The notes under the pieces were generated by a model. That model saw nothing but the letters and a program-made list of their open reading frames with translations. It had not been told where the DNA came from and ran no database searches. From NCBI GenBank assembly GCA_965206645.1, contig CBDBKE010000004.1, positions 192,001 to 256,000 of the forward strand: a stretch of DNA of 64,000 nt, written 5' to 3'. The translations under genes and the position numbers were made by a program. This document shows positions 10,233 through 18,858 of this stretch, piece by piece. Each line of letters opens with the position of its first letter. Within the stretch, counting starts at the first letter, position 1. This stretch comes from Terriglobia bacterium. Its GTDB lineage: Bacteria > Acidobacteriota > Terriglobia > JAJPHL01 > JAPKYU01.

Positions 10233-10337
10233 ATCTCCTGCTCCTGAATCTATGGCGGCGGTGGGGCTCCGGACAGGGACAAGAACAGGCGCCTGAATCC
10301 ATCGGGCCGCGCTACAATAGGCCGACGGGGGAGCGCC

Positions 10338-10649
10338 ATGATCGAGGACATTGAACGGCGAGAACGGGGAAGGCGCCGACTGCGGGAAGCCGTAGCCGCT
10401 GAGTGGGAAGGCCGGCGCATCACCGGCGAGGCCACCGAATTGAGCCAGGACAGCATCTTCGTCGAAGCGGCTTCGCCGCCTCCGGCAGAAGCTGAGGTCC
10501 AGATCACTCTGGGTTCGGGCGCCGAAGCCATTCGTCTGTCCTGCCAGGTGCGGCGAATCACCGGCACCGGGTTTGCCGGCGAGTTTGAGATGCTGTCGGG
10601 GGAGCAGCGCGGAGCGCTGGGAAAGCTGCTGGCCCGGCTGCCCTACTAG
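10338..10649 (+). CDS. Single-domain PilZ protein
   Basis: RRERGRR (RxxxR), ELSQDSIFV (degenerate D/NxSxxG), GFAGEF. Confidence 0.75.
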   Translation: MIEDIERRERGRRRLREAVAAEWEGRRITGEATELSQDSIFVEAASPPPAEAEVQITLGSGAEAIRLSCQVRRITGTGFAGEFEMLSGEQRGALGKLLARLPY

Positions 10650-10666
10650 CTGAGGAAGGGACTGAG

Positions 10667-12382
10667 ATGAGTGTATCTGTAGCGTTTATCGCGATTGCGC
10701 TTAGTCTGCTTGTCGGAGTCCTAGCCGGCGTCCTGCTCACTTGGATGCTCACTCGCAATCGCGTTCCCCCGTCCTTCCAAGAACGTTTGCAGGAGGCGGA
10801 GCTTAGCAGGGCAACGTCGGAGGCTTTTCTTACATCGCAGCGACAAATACTGCAAGAGAAGGAAAAATTGATAGCGGAAGCCCGCACTCAGCTATCCGCG
10901 GAGTTCAGTGAACACGCGACTCAGGCATTAAGAACCAGCAACGAAGCGTTTCTTGACCTTGCGACCCAAAAGTTCAGCACGCTCCGAGGAGAAGCGGAAG
11001 GAGACCTGAAGCAGCGCAAGACGGAGGTTGAGGCGCTCGTCAAACCGCTTGCCGAGGCGCTCACGAAGTACGAAACAAATCTGCGGACGATCGAAAGCGA
11101 GCGCCAAGAAGCTTACGGAGGCCTTCGGAATCTGCTTCAGGGAGTTGGCGAAACACAAGAGCAGCTGCGACGTGAAACGGCGAACTTGGTGACTGCTCTG
11201 CGGCGGCCTCATGTCCGGGGTCGCTGGGGAGAAATCACCTTAAGGCGGGTAGCCGAACTGGCAGGGATGGCGGAGCATTGTGACTTCCAGGAACAGCCCA
11301 CGATCGTAGGCGACGATGGCCGTTATCGTCCCGACATGGTCGTGCATATGCCCGGCAATCTTAGCGTGCCCGTCGACTCCAAAGTACCGTTGGAAGCTTA
11401 CCTTGAGGCCGTTGCGGTAACAACAGAGGAGGAAAGGAGCACACACCTGGATCGCCACGCGAGGCAAGTCCGCAGTCATATGGAGCGGCTTTCTTCGAAA
11501 GCCTACTGGAACCAGCTAGACTGCACCCCGGAGTTCACGGTTATGTTCCTTCCTGGGGAGCCATTCTTTAGTGCCGCCGTCGATCGTGATCTTTCTCTGA
11601 TGGAAGACGCAATTGAAAAGCGGGTGCTCATTGCGACCCCGGTGACCCTGATCGCTCTTCTGAAAGCAGCCGCCTACGGATGGCGACAAGAAGCCGTCGC
11701 CCAGAACGCCCGCGAGATCAGCGAGGCGGGGAAGAAGGTTTACGAACGCGTTTCGATTCTTTGGGAGCACCTGAGCGAGTTGCGCTCAGCCCTGGATGAC
11801 GCCGTAGGCGCATTTAACAAGACTAGGCGTTCCCTAGAGTCTCGGCTCCTCCCGAGTGTTCGCAGGTTCAAGGAATTGGGGGCAACTACCGCCGAAGAAC
11901 TTGAGGAGATTCCACCAATAGATCAGGCGCTGGATTCCGTTGAGCCTCCGGCCGGGCAACCTCCGGTCGGGCAAAGAGAAGAGCCCCGAGGACCGGAAGT
12001 GGAATTGGGGGCGACCCTGGTGGCAGAAAAAAGGGTGGCAGAGAGCGCAGCGGAACAGATTCCGGAGACGGAACTACTGAAGCAGGCGTTGAATTTCGCT
12101 GAGCCTCCAGCCGTGCAGGAAGAAGAGGCCCGAGGACCCGAAGTGGAATTGGGGACGACCATGGTGGCAGAGAGCGCCGCGGAAGAGATTGCAGAGACGG
12201 AACCAATAGGTGAAGTGCTGGGCTCGGTTGAGCTGCCAGCCGTGCAGGGAGTACAGGAGCGAGGATCCGAAAGGGGATGGGGGGCAACTATTGCAGAAGA
12301 GATTGCGGAGACGGATCCGCTAGATCAACTGCTGCGTGCGGCCCACCAGAGAGACCAAGAGCGCAGATCCCAAGTACATTAA
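10667..12382 (+). CDS. rmuC: DNA recombination protein RmuC with repetitive acidic C-terminal extension
   Basis: N-terminal TM helix, coiled coil, RGRWGEITLRRVAELAGM, RPDMVV, VDSKVPL, FLPGE, ATPVTLIALLK. Confidence 0.93.
   Translation: MSVSVAFIAIALSLLVGVLAGVLLTWMLTRNRVPPSFQERLQEAELSRATSEAFLTSQRQILQEKEKLIAEARTQLSAEFSEHATQALRTSNEAFLDLATQKFSTLRGEAEGDLKQRKTEVEALVKPLAEALTKYETNLRTIESERQEAYGGLRNLLQGVGETQEQLRRETANLVTALRRPHVRGRWGEITLRRVAELAGMAEHCDFQEQPTIVGDDGRYRPDMVVHMPGNLSVPVDSKVPLEAYLEAVAVTTEEERSTHLDRHARQVRSHMERLSSKAYWNQLDCTPEFTVMFLPGEPFFSAAVDRDLSLMEDAIEKRVLIATPVTLIALLKAAAYGWRQEAVAQNAREISEAGKKVYERVSILWEHLSELRSALDDAVGAFNKTRRSLESRLLPSVRRFKELGATTAEELEEIPPIDQALDSVEPPAGQPPVGQREEPRGPEVELGATLVAEKRVAESAAEQIPETELLKQALNFAEPPAVQEEEARGPEVELGTTMVAESAAEEIAETEPIGEVLGSVELPAVQGVQERGSERGWGATIAEEIAETDPLDQLLRAAHQRDQERRSQVH
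11873..12335 (+). repeat. ~3.5 imperfect tandem repeats (~35-49 codons) in the rmuC 3' end
   Basis: Recurring GAATTGGGG(G/A)C, GAGCCTCC, CGAGGACC; peptide unit LGAT..AEEI.ETEP..Q.L...EPPAVQ..E.RGPEVE. Confidence 0.8.
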
Positions 12383-12391
12383 TTACGGCGT

Positions 12392-15300
12392 CTACGCGCT
12401 TTCCGCCTCGGCCTTGCCTGGCGGTATCGGCTTCTGCTGAGCCTCGTAAAGGCGCCGCCGCAGTTCCAACTCACTCCTCGCCACCCACTGAGAGCAGAGG
12501 GTCGCCAAGGTGGCGGACGCTTCTTCACGGGCCTGCTCAAGAATTCGCTCCAGGCTCTGCCGGAAGGCCACTTCCGCCTGGGCCACCTGGGCAGGGGTTT
12601 CCCGCAGCAGCATCTCATGGGCCTCGCGCACTCGCTCGATGGCGGTGCGGCTCAGCTGCTGCGTCTGATCGCGGAGCGGGACGGCCGCATCGGCCACGGC
12701 GTCCGTGAGCATCCGCGTCTGCTTCTGGCAAGCTTCCTCGTACTGCTGCGCCAGATGCTGCAAGCGCCGCTCGTAGTCGCGGCGGAGGGTTTCGACGGAG
12801 CGCTTGAGGCCTGCCACCCGGCTGCCGCCGGCCTGCTCCAGGCGTTTCTCTGCTTGCTCGAGGGTGCGGTCCAAGGAGGCGTGGATCCGCGCCTGGAAAA
12901 CCTCCTGGGCAGCCTCGCCTACCGCTCCAATCTCTTGTTGACCCGCATTCAGCAGCTCTTTTAATTTCTGGTGGAGGCGAGTGGTGAGGGCTTCAGCGCG
13001 TCTGTCCAGCACAGCCTGCATTTCCTGATGTGCCTCGTCCAAGGCCGTGCGCGCGTCTTCCACCCGCCGCTCCACGGTGGCCACCGACAGCGCCAGTTCT
13101 GCTTTGGTCTGCTCCAGAGCGGAATAGAAGGAAATCAGGCTGGTGCGTTTATCCTCCAGAGCCGAGGAAAATCCGGCAAATTGCGCCTCCAGCCGCTGGT
13201 GCCTCTGCCGGGCCTGGTTTTCCATCTCGGCTCCCTCCCGCGTCATGGAGGCGCGTGTCTGCCGGATAGCGTCCAGAATTTCTCCTCCGGCAGTCGCAGC
13301 TTTTGCCTTACTGTCGGCGACCGCGCCCACAGCGTCCTGGGCTGCTTGCTTGACCGAGTGCTCGGTGTCCGCAGCATGCTGGGCTAGGTGCTCCACGCCT
13401 GCCTGCGCGCTGGCTTCCACTTCCTGACGCACCCGGTGCAGCCGCTGCGCATGAGCGGCCGCCACCGCTCCCAGCTCCTTGCAACGCTCTTCGGTGTGGC
13501 GATCCAGGGTCGAGGCCAGTTCGGCGATGCGCGGGACGGCTTTCCCCATTTCTGCGGCCAGCGTCTGGCTGAATCTCTGCTGCGCATGGGCGGCGGCCTG
13601 TTCCAGCCCGGCTGAAAAGGCGTTGCGGAGGGATTCGAGCGGCCTCGCGGCGCGCTCCTGCAGCTCCTTTTCCAGCGCCATGGCGCCGGCCCGCAGTTTC
13701 TGCTCCAGCTCCAGCGTCCTGGATTTCAGTGACGCTTCTTGCCCGGCGGCGAAGCGCTCGATCTGCGCTTGGTTCTCCTCCGTGCAGGTCCGCAGGGAAT
13801 CCATGTTGGCGCGCAAGTCGGCGCGGCCTTTTTCCAGGATTTCCAGGAGTCGGTCCAGGGCCCCCTTCCGCTGGTCATACCTGCTCGTCAGCGAACTGAA
13901 CAGGGCGTCGAGTGCTTCCCGCTTTTGCTCGGCGCTCTGGTCCAGCGTGAGACGCATCTGCTGCACGTCGCGCGCCTGCCCACCGAGCTGGCGGGTGGCT
14001 TCAGCGGCACCGGCCTTGAGCGATTCGGCCTGCTGCTCGAGACGTTCGAACGCCTTCGCCGCAGCCTCTCCCAGTTCGCGGAGGTGGCGCGTGGCGGTCT
14101 CCTGTAACTGGATTTCGGCTTGGCCTGTCGTCGCCGACAGCTTTTCCTGGGTGCTGGAAATTGCCCGTTCCGACCACTTCGCCAATTCTCGCAGGGAGGT
14201 ACGTACCCGCGGCAGGCGTGCTTCGACCGCCGCGGCCTCGGCGGAGCCGGCCTCTTTGGCCTCCCGCGAGCGCTCCTGGAGCGACGTCTTGAACTGCTCC
14301 AACCCCTGCCCCGCGTGCTCGGCCAGCGTTGCCCGCGAGGCGTTTTGCAGCTCGGTGAAATTAGCCCGGGCAGTCTCCAGCGACTGGGCAATCCAGCGGG
14401 TGGCCGCGCTTTTCTGTTCGCCCAGCACCGAGGCGAACGAGTGGGACGTCTCCTCGACGAGTTGTGGTGTCAGTGTTCGGAATTCCTCGATGCTGGCCAG
14501 GGACGCCCCATGCATTTCGCCGCGGCTTCTGTGGGTGATCCGCTCCCCGTCCTGCCGCAGGCTGTTCAGACTGGCTGCCATCCGCTCGCGCCAGCTGGCG
14601 GACTGCGCTTCCAGTTCGGCCACCCCCCTCTGGTGCGCTTCCAAGCTGGCGGCCGACCTCGCCACGATTTCCTGGGCCTTGCTGCCTTCCTGTGCCAGCG
14701 TCTGTTGATATTTCTCTAGGGCCGCCTGCATTGCGGCCTCGAATTGCCGGGCCAGTTTCCCAATCTTTTCCTCCGTCCCGGCCGCCTGCCGGACCAAGGA
14801 GGCGCCGGCGCGTTCCTCCTGGGCGCGGATGACTTCCGCTGCGCCCCGCGCCTGGTCAGTAAGCTCCTCTCTTGCGATGTTCTTTCGGGCAGCCAGCAAG
14901 TCCAGTTGGGGCGCCAGCGCGCTAACCCCTTGCCGCCGTGCGACTTCCATCTGTTCGGCAAACTCCCGGAGCATCGTCTCGGCCTGTGCGCGAAGCGTTT
15001 CGCCTTTGCGCAGGACTCTCTCCAGCGATTCGTCCAGCGCATGAATGCGCTGGTGCACCGCGGCAGGTTCCTCGGCTGGCTTTCCGTCTTCCCCCGCCGG
15101 ACCGTCCTTGTCTTGCCAGTCGGGAGGGAATTCGTGCTCCCAGTAACTTTCCTCCTCCACGAATCCCACTCCGAGCTGCCGTAGGCCAGGTTGGGAACAC
15201 GACTTCACCGAAACCACCCGGGCCAGAGCAGGCTTGCCTCCGGACCGGCGGATGGCCAGTGGCGCACTGCGAGGAAACGGAGACCGAGCCGTAAGGCTGG

Positions 15301-15451
15301 CGCCATGCCGGCTGATGTCGCACGTAGAGGTGGATTCCACCAGAACTTTGCCGTCAGCGCCCCGACCCGCAATTTCCACCTCCACTACGCGGGCCAGACG
15401 CGGGCTGCGCCGGCGGTGGCCATTGGGCTTGCGGATGTCAGTAGCTCCCAT
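12392..15451 (-). CDS. PilZ-domain protein fused to ~880-aa coiled coil
   Basis: RRRSPR and DISRHG c-di-GMP motifs in the first 100 aa, YW...FPPDW motif, then a long A/E/Q/L/R-rich heptad sequence. Confidence 0.8.
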   Translation of the reverse strand: MGATDIRKPNGHRRRSPRLARVVEVEIAGRGADGKVLVESTSTCDISRHGASLTARSPFPRSAPLAIRRSGGKPALARVVSVKSCSQPGLRQLGVGFVEEESYWEHEFPPDWQDKDGPAGEDGKPAEEPAAVHQRIHALDESLERVLRKGETLRAQAETMLREFAEQMEVARRQGVSALAPQLDLLAARKNIAREELTDQARGAAEVIRAQEERAGASLVRQAAGTEEKIGKLARQFEAAMQAALEKYQQTLAQEGSKAQEIVARSAASLEAHQRGVAELEAQSASWRERMAASLNSLRQDGERITHRSRGEMHGASLASIEEFRTLTPQLVEETSHSFASVLGEQKSAATRWIAQSLETARANFTELQNASRATLAEHAGQGLEQFKTSLQERSREAKEAGSAEAAAVEARLPRVRTSLRELAKWSERAISSTQEKLSATTGQAEIQLQETATRHLRELGEAAAKAFERLEQQAESLKAGAAEATRQLGGQARDVQQMRLTLDQSAEQKREALDALFSSLTSRYDQRKGALDRLLEILEKGRADLRANMDSLRTCTEENQAQIERFAAGQEASLKSRTLELEQKLRAGAMALEKELQERAARPLESLRNAFSAGLEQAAAHAQQRFSQTLAAEMGKAVPRIAELASTLDRHTEERCKELGAVAAAHAQRLHRVRQEVEASAQAGVEHLAQHAADTEHSVKQAAQDAVGAVADSKAKAATAGGEILDAIRQTRASMTREGAEMENQARQRHQRLEAQFAGFSSALEDKRTSLISFYSALEQTKAELALSVATVERRVEDARTALDEAHQEMQAVLDRRAEALTTRLHQKLKELLNAGQQEIGAVGEAAQEVFQARIHASLDRTLEQAEKRLEQAGGSRVAGLKRSVETLRRDYERRLQHLAQQYEEACQKQTRMLTDAVADAAVPLRDQTQQLSRTAIERVREAHEMLLRETPAQVAQAEVAFRQSLERILEQAREEASATLATLCSQWVARSELELRRRLYEAQQKPIPPGKAEAESA

Positions 15452-15589
15452 AAGCTGACAACTCAGCGTGCCGCACCGGCTCGCCCCGCTACAGGGCCGG
15501 GCCTTCTCGCAGCGCGCAATAAAGCTGGAATCAAGGGGTCCCTAAGGTATACGCGCCAGATGGAAAGGTCCAGCCTGTTCTAGGCCTGT

Positions 15590-16384
15590 CTAGGTTTGCG
15601 CTGAGGGCGCCAGGCGCTCTTCCAGAGCCCGCACCAGGTCGATCAGGAAAGGCCGCGCATCCAGTTGAGCGCGGAAGTATTCCAGCGCCTCGGCACAGGC
15701 GGCATCCGCATCCGGACGCAGCAGGCCACGCATGCGCTGGCATTGCAGGAAAATGAGATAGGTCAGGGCCACGTCGGCCATACAGTACTCGGCAATGCCG
15801 GCCAGGTTCCCCTGTTCGTATTCCCCTTCCACTTCGGCGCCGTCCATCTCGGTCTTGCCGGGTAGCCCGACCAGCTTGGCTACCGCGTCCAGGGAGGCTT
15901 TGGGCGCGGCTCCGAAGTTGGTGAGGAACTCGACAATGTCGAAGTGGAACTCCGGCGCGTAGCGGTAGCGGTAATTGTTGAATTTGTCCCGCGCGGTGAA
16001 GTAATCAACTGAGCCCATCCCGTACCGCAGCGAGCGGTGCTCGATCACCGGCAGATCGAAGCTGCGCCCGTTAAAAGTGACCAACGCGCATTCGGGGCCC
16101 GGCACCGGCGGCGGGTTGCGCCGGCCGCCACCGTAACGCTCGAACGTTTCCCAGAAAAATTGCAGGGTTTCGCGCTCCTTGTCCGGATCGCCGGACATGG
16201 CACCGAAACTGCGGATGCGCAGGTTCTCGTCGCAAACCAGCCCGCCGATCACGATGGGGATGTGGAACAATGGATGCAGCAGCCGGTTTGATTGCTCCTT
16301 CACGCTGGCGTAGCTGTGGCCGTACACGGCCTCCACCAGGGGCTTGTCGGGATACGTCTCAATGTCGAAGATCAGGTAGTTCAT
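15590..16384 (-). CDS. 3'-5' exonuclease, PolB-exonuclease-like (DEDDy)
   Basis: FDIETYPD (Exo I), TFNGRSFDLPVI (Exo II), EYCMADV (Exo III). Confidence 0.88.
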   Translation of the reverse strand: MNYLIFDIETYPDKPLVEAVYGHSYASVKEQSNRLLHPLFHIPIVIGGLVCDENLRIRSFGAMSGDPDKERETLQFFWETFERYGGGRRNPPPVPGPECALVTFNGRSFDLPVIEHRSLRYGMGSVDYFTARDKFNNYRYRYAPEFHFDIVEFLTNFGAAPKASLDAVAKLVGLPGKTEMDGAEVEGEYEQGNLAGIAEYCMADVALTYLIFLQCQRMRGLLRPDADAACAEALEYFRAQLDARPFLIDLVRALEERLAPSAQT

Positions 16385-16515
16385 GAACGCGGCGCTTTGC
16401 ACATAAGCATACCCGGGAAAGTGGGCGAGAGCAAAGGATCCGGAGAGGACGCACCCGCCCACGCCACCACCGGGCCACCCCATCAAATGCAGCGCGGTGG
16501 CAGGGCGATCCGAGG

Positions 16516-16980
16516 CTAGGGATCCGCTCGCGTGGGTGGCGCGGCGGAGGCGCGGGAGTGCGGAGGCAATCCGTACTGCTCCAGTTTCTTCAGCGTCAGG
16601 GCATTCAGCTTTCCGGTCCGCCGCAGGTCCTGGGCCTGCTGAAAATCCGCCAGGGCGGCCACCGTATGAGAGTCGAGTTTACCGGTCAGCTTTCCGTCGT
16701 AATGACCGCTGCGGCTCAGCGACTGCTGGATTTCGCTGATACGCTGGGCTGTCGGCACTCTCTGGCCACGGACCACCCGTCGGCGCCGTCGGCGGCCACG
16801 GCGTCTCGGGGTTTTTCGCCGGGACCGCTTGTTCTGTGCAACCGCGGTTGTCTTGCTGCTGCTAGAAACCTTCTTCGCTGTGGAGGCTTTGGCCGGTGGG
16901 GCTGGCGAGGCTGAGGCAACGGCGGCCAGCACCAAACCGGCTAGAATTGACGCGAAGTACCGGGAAGCTTTACCGGGCAT
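16516..16980 (-). CDS. Peptidoglycan-binding domain protein
   Basis: Signal peptide, basic linker, IQQSLSRSGHYDGKLTGKLDSHTVAALADFQQAQDLRRTGKLN PGBD motif. Confidence 0.8.
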   Translation of the reverse strand: MPGKASRYFASILAGLVLAAVASASPAPPAKASTAKKVSSSSKTTAVAQNKRSRRKTPRRRGRRRRRRVVRGQRVPTAQRISEIQQSLSRSGHYDGKLTGKLDSHTVAALADFQQAQDLRRTGKLNALTLKKLEQYGLPPHSRASAAPPTRADP

Positions 16981-17074
16981 AGCGGCCAACCGCAACCTTG
17001 CGACGGCTCCCTTGTCCTGATCCGCCACGACGGCTGGCTATTCTCCTGCCCAAGCGGGAGGGTTCGAAAACCTC

Positions 17075-18640
17075 CTAGGGCAGTGTGCCTGCCAGGAAGA
17101 GGGTCTGCATTCGTCGGCGGAGTCCGCGGCGCAGTATCTTGAAGACGACATCGTCTCCAGAGCTCAAACCACGCTGAATTCGGCGCAAATCCTCCACCGA
17201 GCGGACGGGCTCCCGCTGCAGTTCGACGATCAGGTCACCGCGAAGCAAGCCCACGTCTCCGGCGAAGCTGCCTGGATCCAGCTTCGTCACCAGCACGCCT
17301 TCCTCGTCGCCGAGTCCCAGGCGGCTGGCCAGCCCCCTGGTGAGATTCTGCAGGGTCAGGCCGAACTTGGCCTCAGTGGGCTCTTCGGGCTGCAGCTCCT
17401 CCTCTTGCCCGCCCAATAATTCCTTGAAGACTTCAGTACGCTCGGCGACGGTGATACTGGTCTTCGCTTTCTTGCCATCGCGGACGTACTTGATGCGAAC
17501 TTTCTCGCCGACCGGAGTTTCGGAGATCTTGGAGACCAGTTCGTCGCCGGAGAGGATGGGGGTATCGTCCACGGCGACGATCACGTCGCCGGACTTCAGC
17601 CCACCCTGGTCGGCCGGGGAGCCAGGCATCACTTGATTAATGATCACGCCGCCCTTGACGCCGAAACTGCGCAGCAAAGCTTCGTTTTCCGAGCTTCGGC
17701 CCTGGAACTCCACGCCGATGGAACCGCGCGGCACGCGGCCGTGTTCGATGATCTGGTTGTAGACGTAGACAGCCGTGTTGGAAGGCAAGGCGAAGCCCAC
17801 GCCTTCGTAGCTGCCGCGGTTGGTGGCGATGGCCGTGTTCACTCCCACGACCTCACCGACCATGTTCACCAGCGGGCCTCCGCTGTTGCCGGGGTTGATG
17901 GCCGCGTCGGTCTGCAAGAAGTGCTGAAACTGTTGGGCACCAACCAGGTCGCGGTTTTTGGCGCTGATGATACCCGCCGTCACGGTCTCCTCCAGGCCGA
18001 AGGGGCTGCCAATTGCCAGTACCCAGTCGCCGACCTGGATGCCGTCGGAGTCACCCATCTTGGCTGGCGTCAGGGAGGTCTTGGAGTCGATCTTGATGAC
18101 GGCCAGATCGGTCTCCTTGTCCGAGCCGATCACCTTGGCTTTGTACTGCTTGGGATCGTTGAACAATTTCACCTGGATGCGATCCGCCCTCTCGACGACG
18201 TGCCGATTGGTCAGGATATAGCCATTTCGGTCCACCACGATCCCGGAGCCCAGGCTGCGCTGCTGAACGCCTCCTCCGGGTGCAGACGGCCCTTCAAAGA
18301 ATCGTTCGAAGAACTCTTCGAATGGGTCCTGACGCTCGCGCTCCCGGGGGCTGCGACGGCGGCGGGGCGTCGGCTGTTTTACGGTGGCAGATGTGTTGAT
18401 GTTGACCACCGTGGGCCGGACTGCCTTGGAAATCTGCACAAAGGCCGAAGAGAGCTGAGCCGGGGACTGGATGGACAGGGGACTGGCCCCTGGCGCCACC
18501 GAGCGGTCCAGGGCGCCCACCGTTCGGGTTACGACGGTCCCAATTGCAATGCCCACGATCAGCGTCAACGAAACCAGGGCCAGTGAGACCCACTTTTGCC
18601 GGCGCAGTCCGGCTACCAGTTTGTCCAACCTGGAGTTCAT
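17075..18640 (-). CDS. degP: Do/DegP/HtrA family serine endoprotease with two PDZ domains
   Basis: LGSG, LTNRHVV, DLAVIKI, TDAAINPGNSGGPL, two PDZ repeats. Confidence 0.93.
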   Translation of the reverse strand: MNSRLDKLVAGLRRQKWVSLALVSLTLIVGIAIGTVVTRTVGALDRSVAPGASPLSIQSPAQLSSAFVQISKAVRPTVVNINTSATVKQPTPRRRRSPRERERQDPFEEFFERFFEGPSAPGGGVQQRSLGSGIVVDRNGYILTNRHVVERADRIQVKLFNDPKQYKAKVIGSDKETDLAVIKIDSKTSLTPAKMGDSDGIQVGDWVLAIGSPFGLEETVTAGIISAKNRDLVGAQQFQHFLQTDAAINPGNSGGPLVNMVGEVVGVNTAIATNRGSYEGVGFALPSNTAVYVYNQIIEHGRVPRGSIGVEFQGRSSENEALLRSFGVKGGVIINQVMPGSPADQGGLKSGDVIVAVDDTPILSGDELVSKISETPVGEKVRIKYVRDGKKAKTSITVAERTEVFKELLGGQEEELQPEEPTEAKFGLTLQNLTRGLASRLGLGDEEGVLVTKLDPGSFAGDVGLLRGDLIVELQREPVRSVEDLRRIQRGLSSGDDVVFKILRRGLRRRMQTLFLAGTLP

Positions 18641-18687
18641 CGAGGTGTACTCCTCATCAAGAAAAACACAGGCCTTACTCCAAGTGC

Positions 18688-18696
18688 ATTATACCA
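18688..18696 (-). promoter_or_regulatory. Extended -10 element (TGgTATAAT) upstream of degP
   Basis: Exact TGnTATAAT ~50 bp upstream of the start codon; no clear -35. Confidence 0.5.
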
Positions 18697-18702
18697 CTAG
18701 TT

Positions 18703-18834
18703 TAAAGATGCTCGGCGGAAGCCAATGGTTTCGCCGCCACGCAATTCCCACACATTTCCCCTGCAGGGAACAGACCCCGCCAGCGCGCACAAAGCCAGCA
18801 GGATACGCTGCAGCCCGAGTTGGCGACGAGCCGG
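18703..18834. repeat. Direct repeat copy B: palindromic motif plus 60-bp copy of the peptidase 3' end
   Basis: 18703-18735 matches 21545-21577 (taaagatgctc..cggaa.ccaatggtttcgcc); 18775-18834 matches 21693-21752 at 57/60. Confidence 0.9.
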
Positions 18835-18858
18835 TGGAAAAGTCGTCATTCAGGGTTT

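Noticed and set aside
13479-14708. 409-aa plus-strand ORF
   Set aside because: Ser/Arg/Ala-rich antisense shadow of the coiled-coil gene, typical of high-GC DNA
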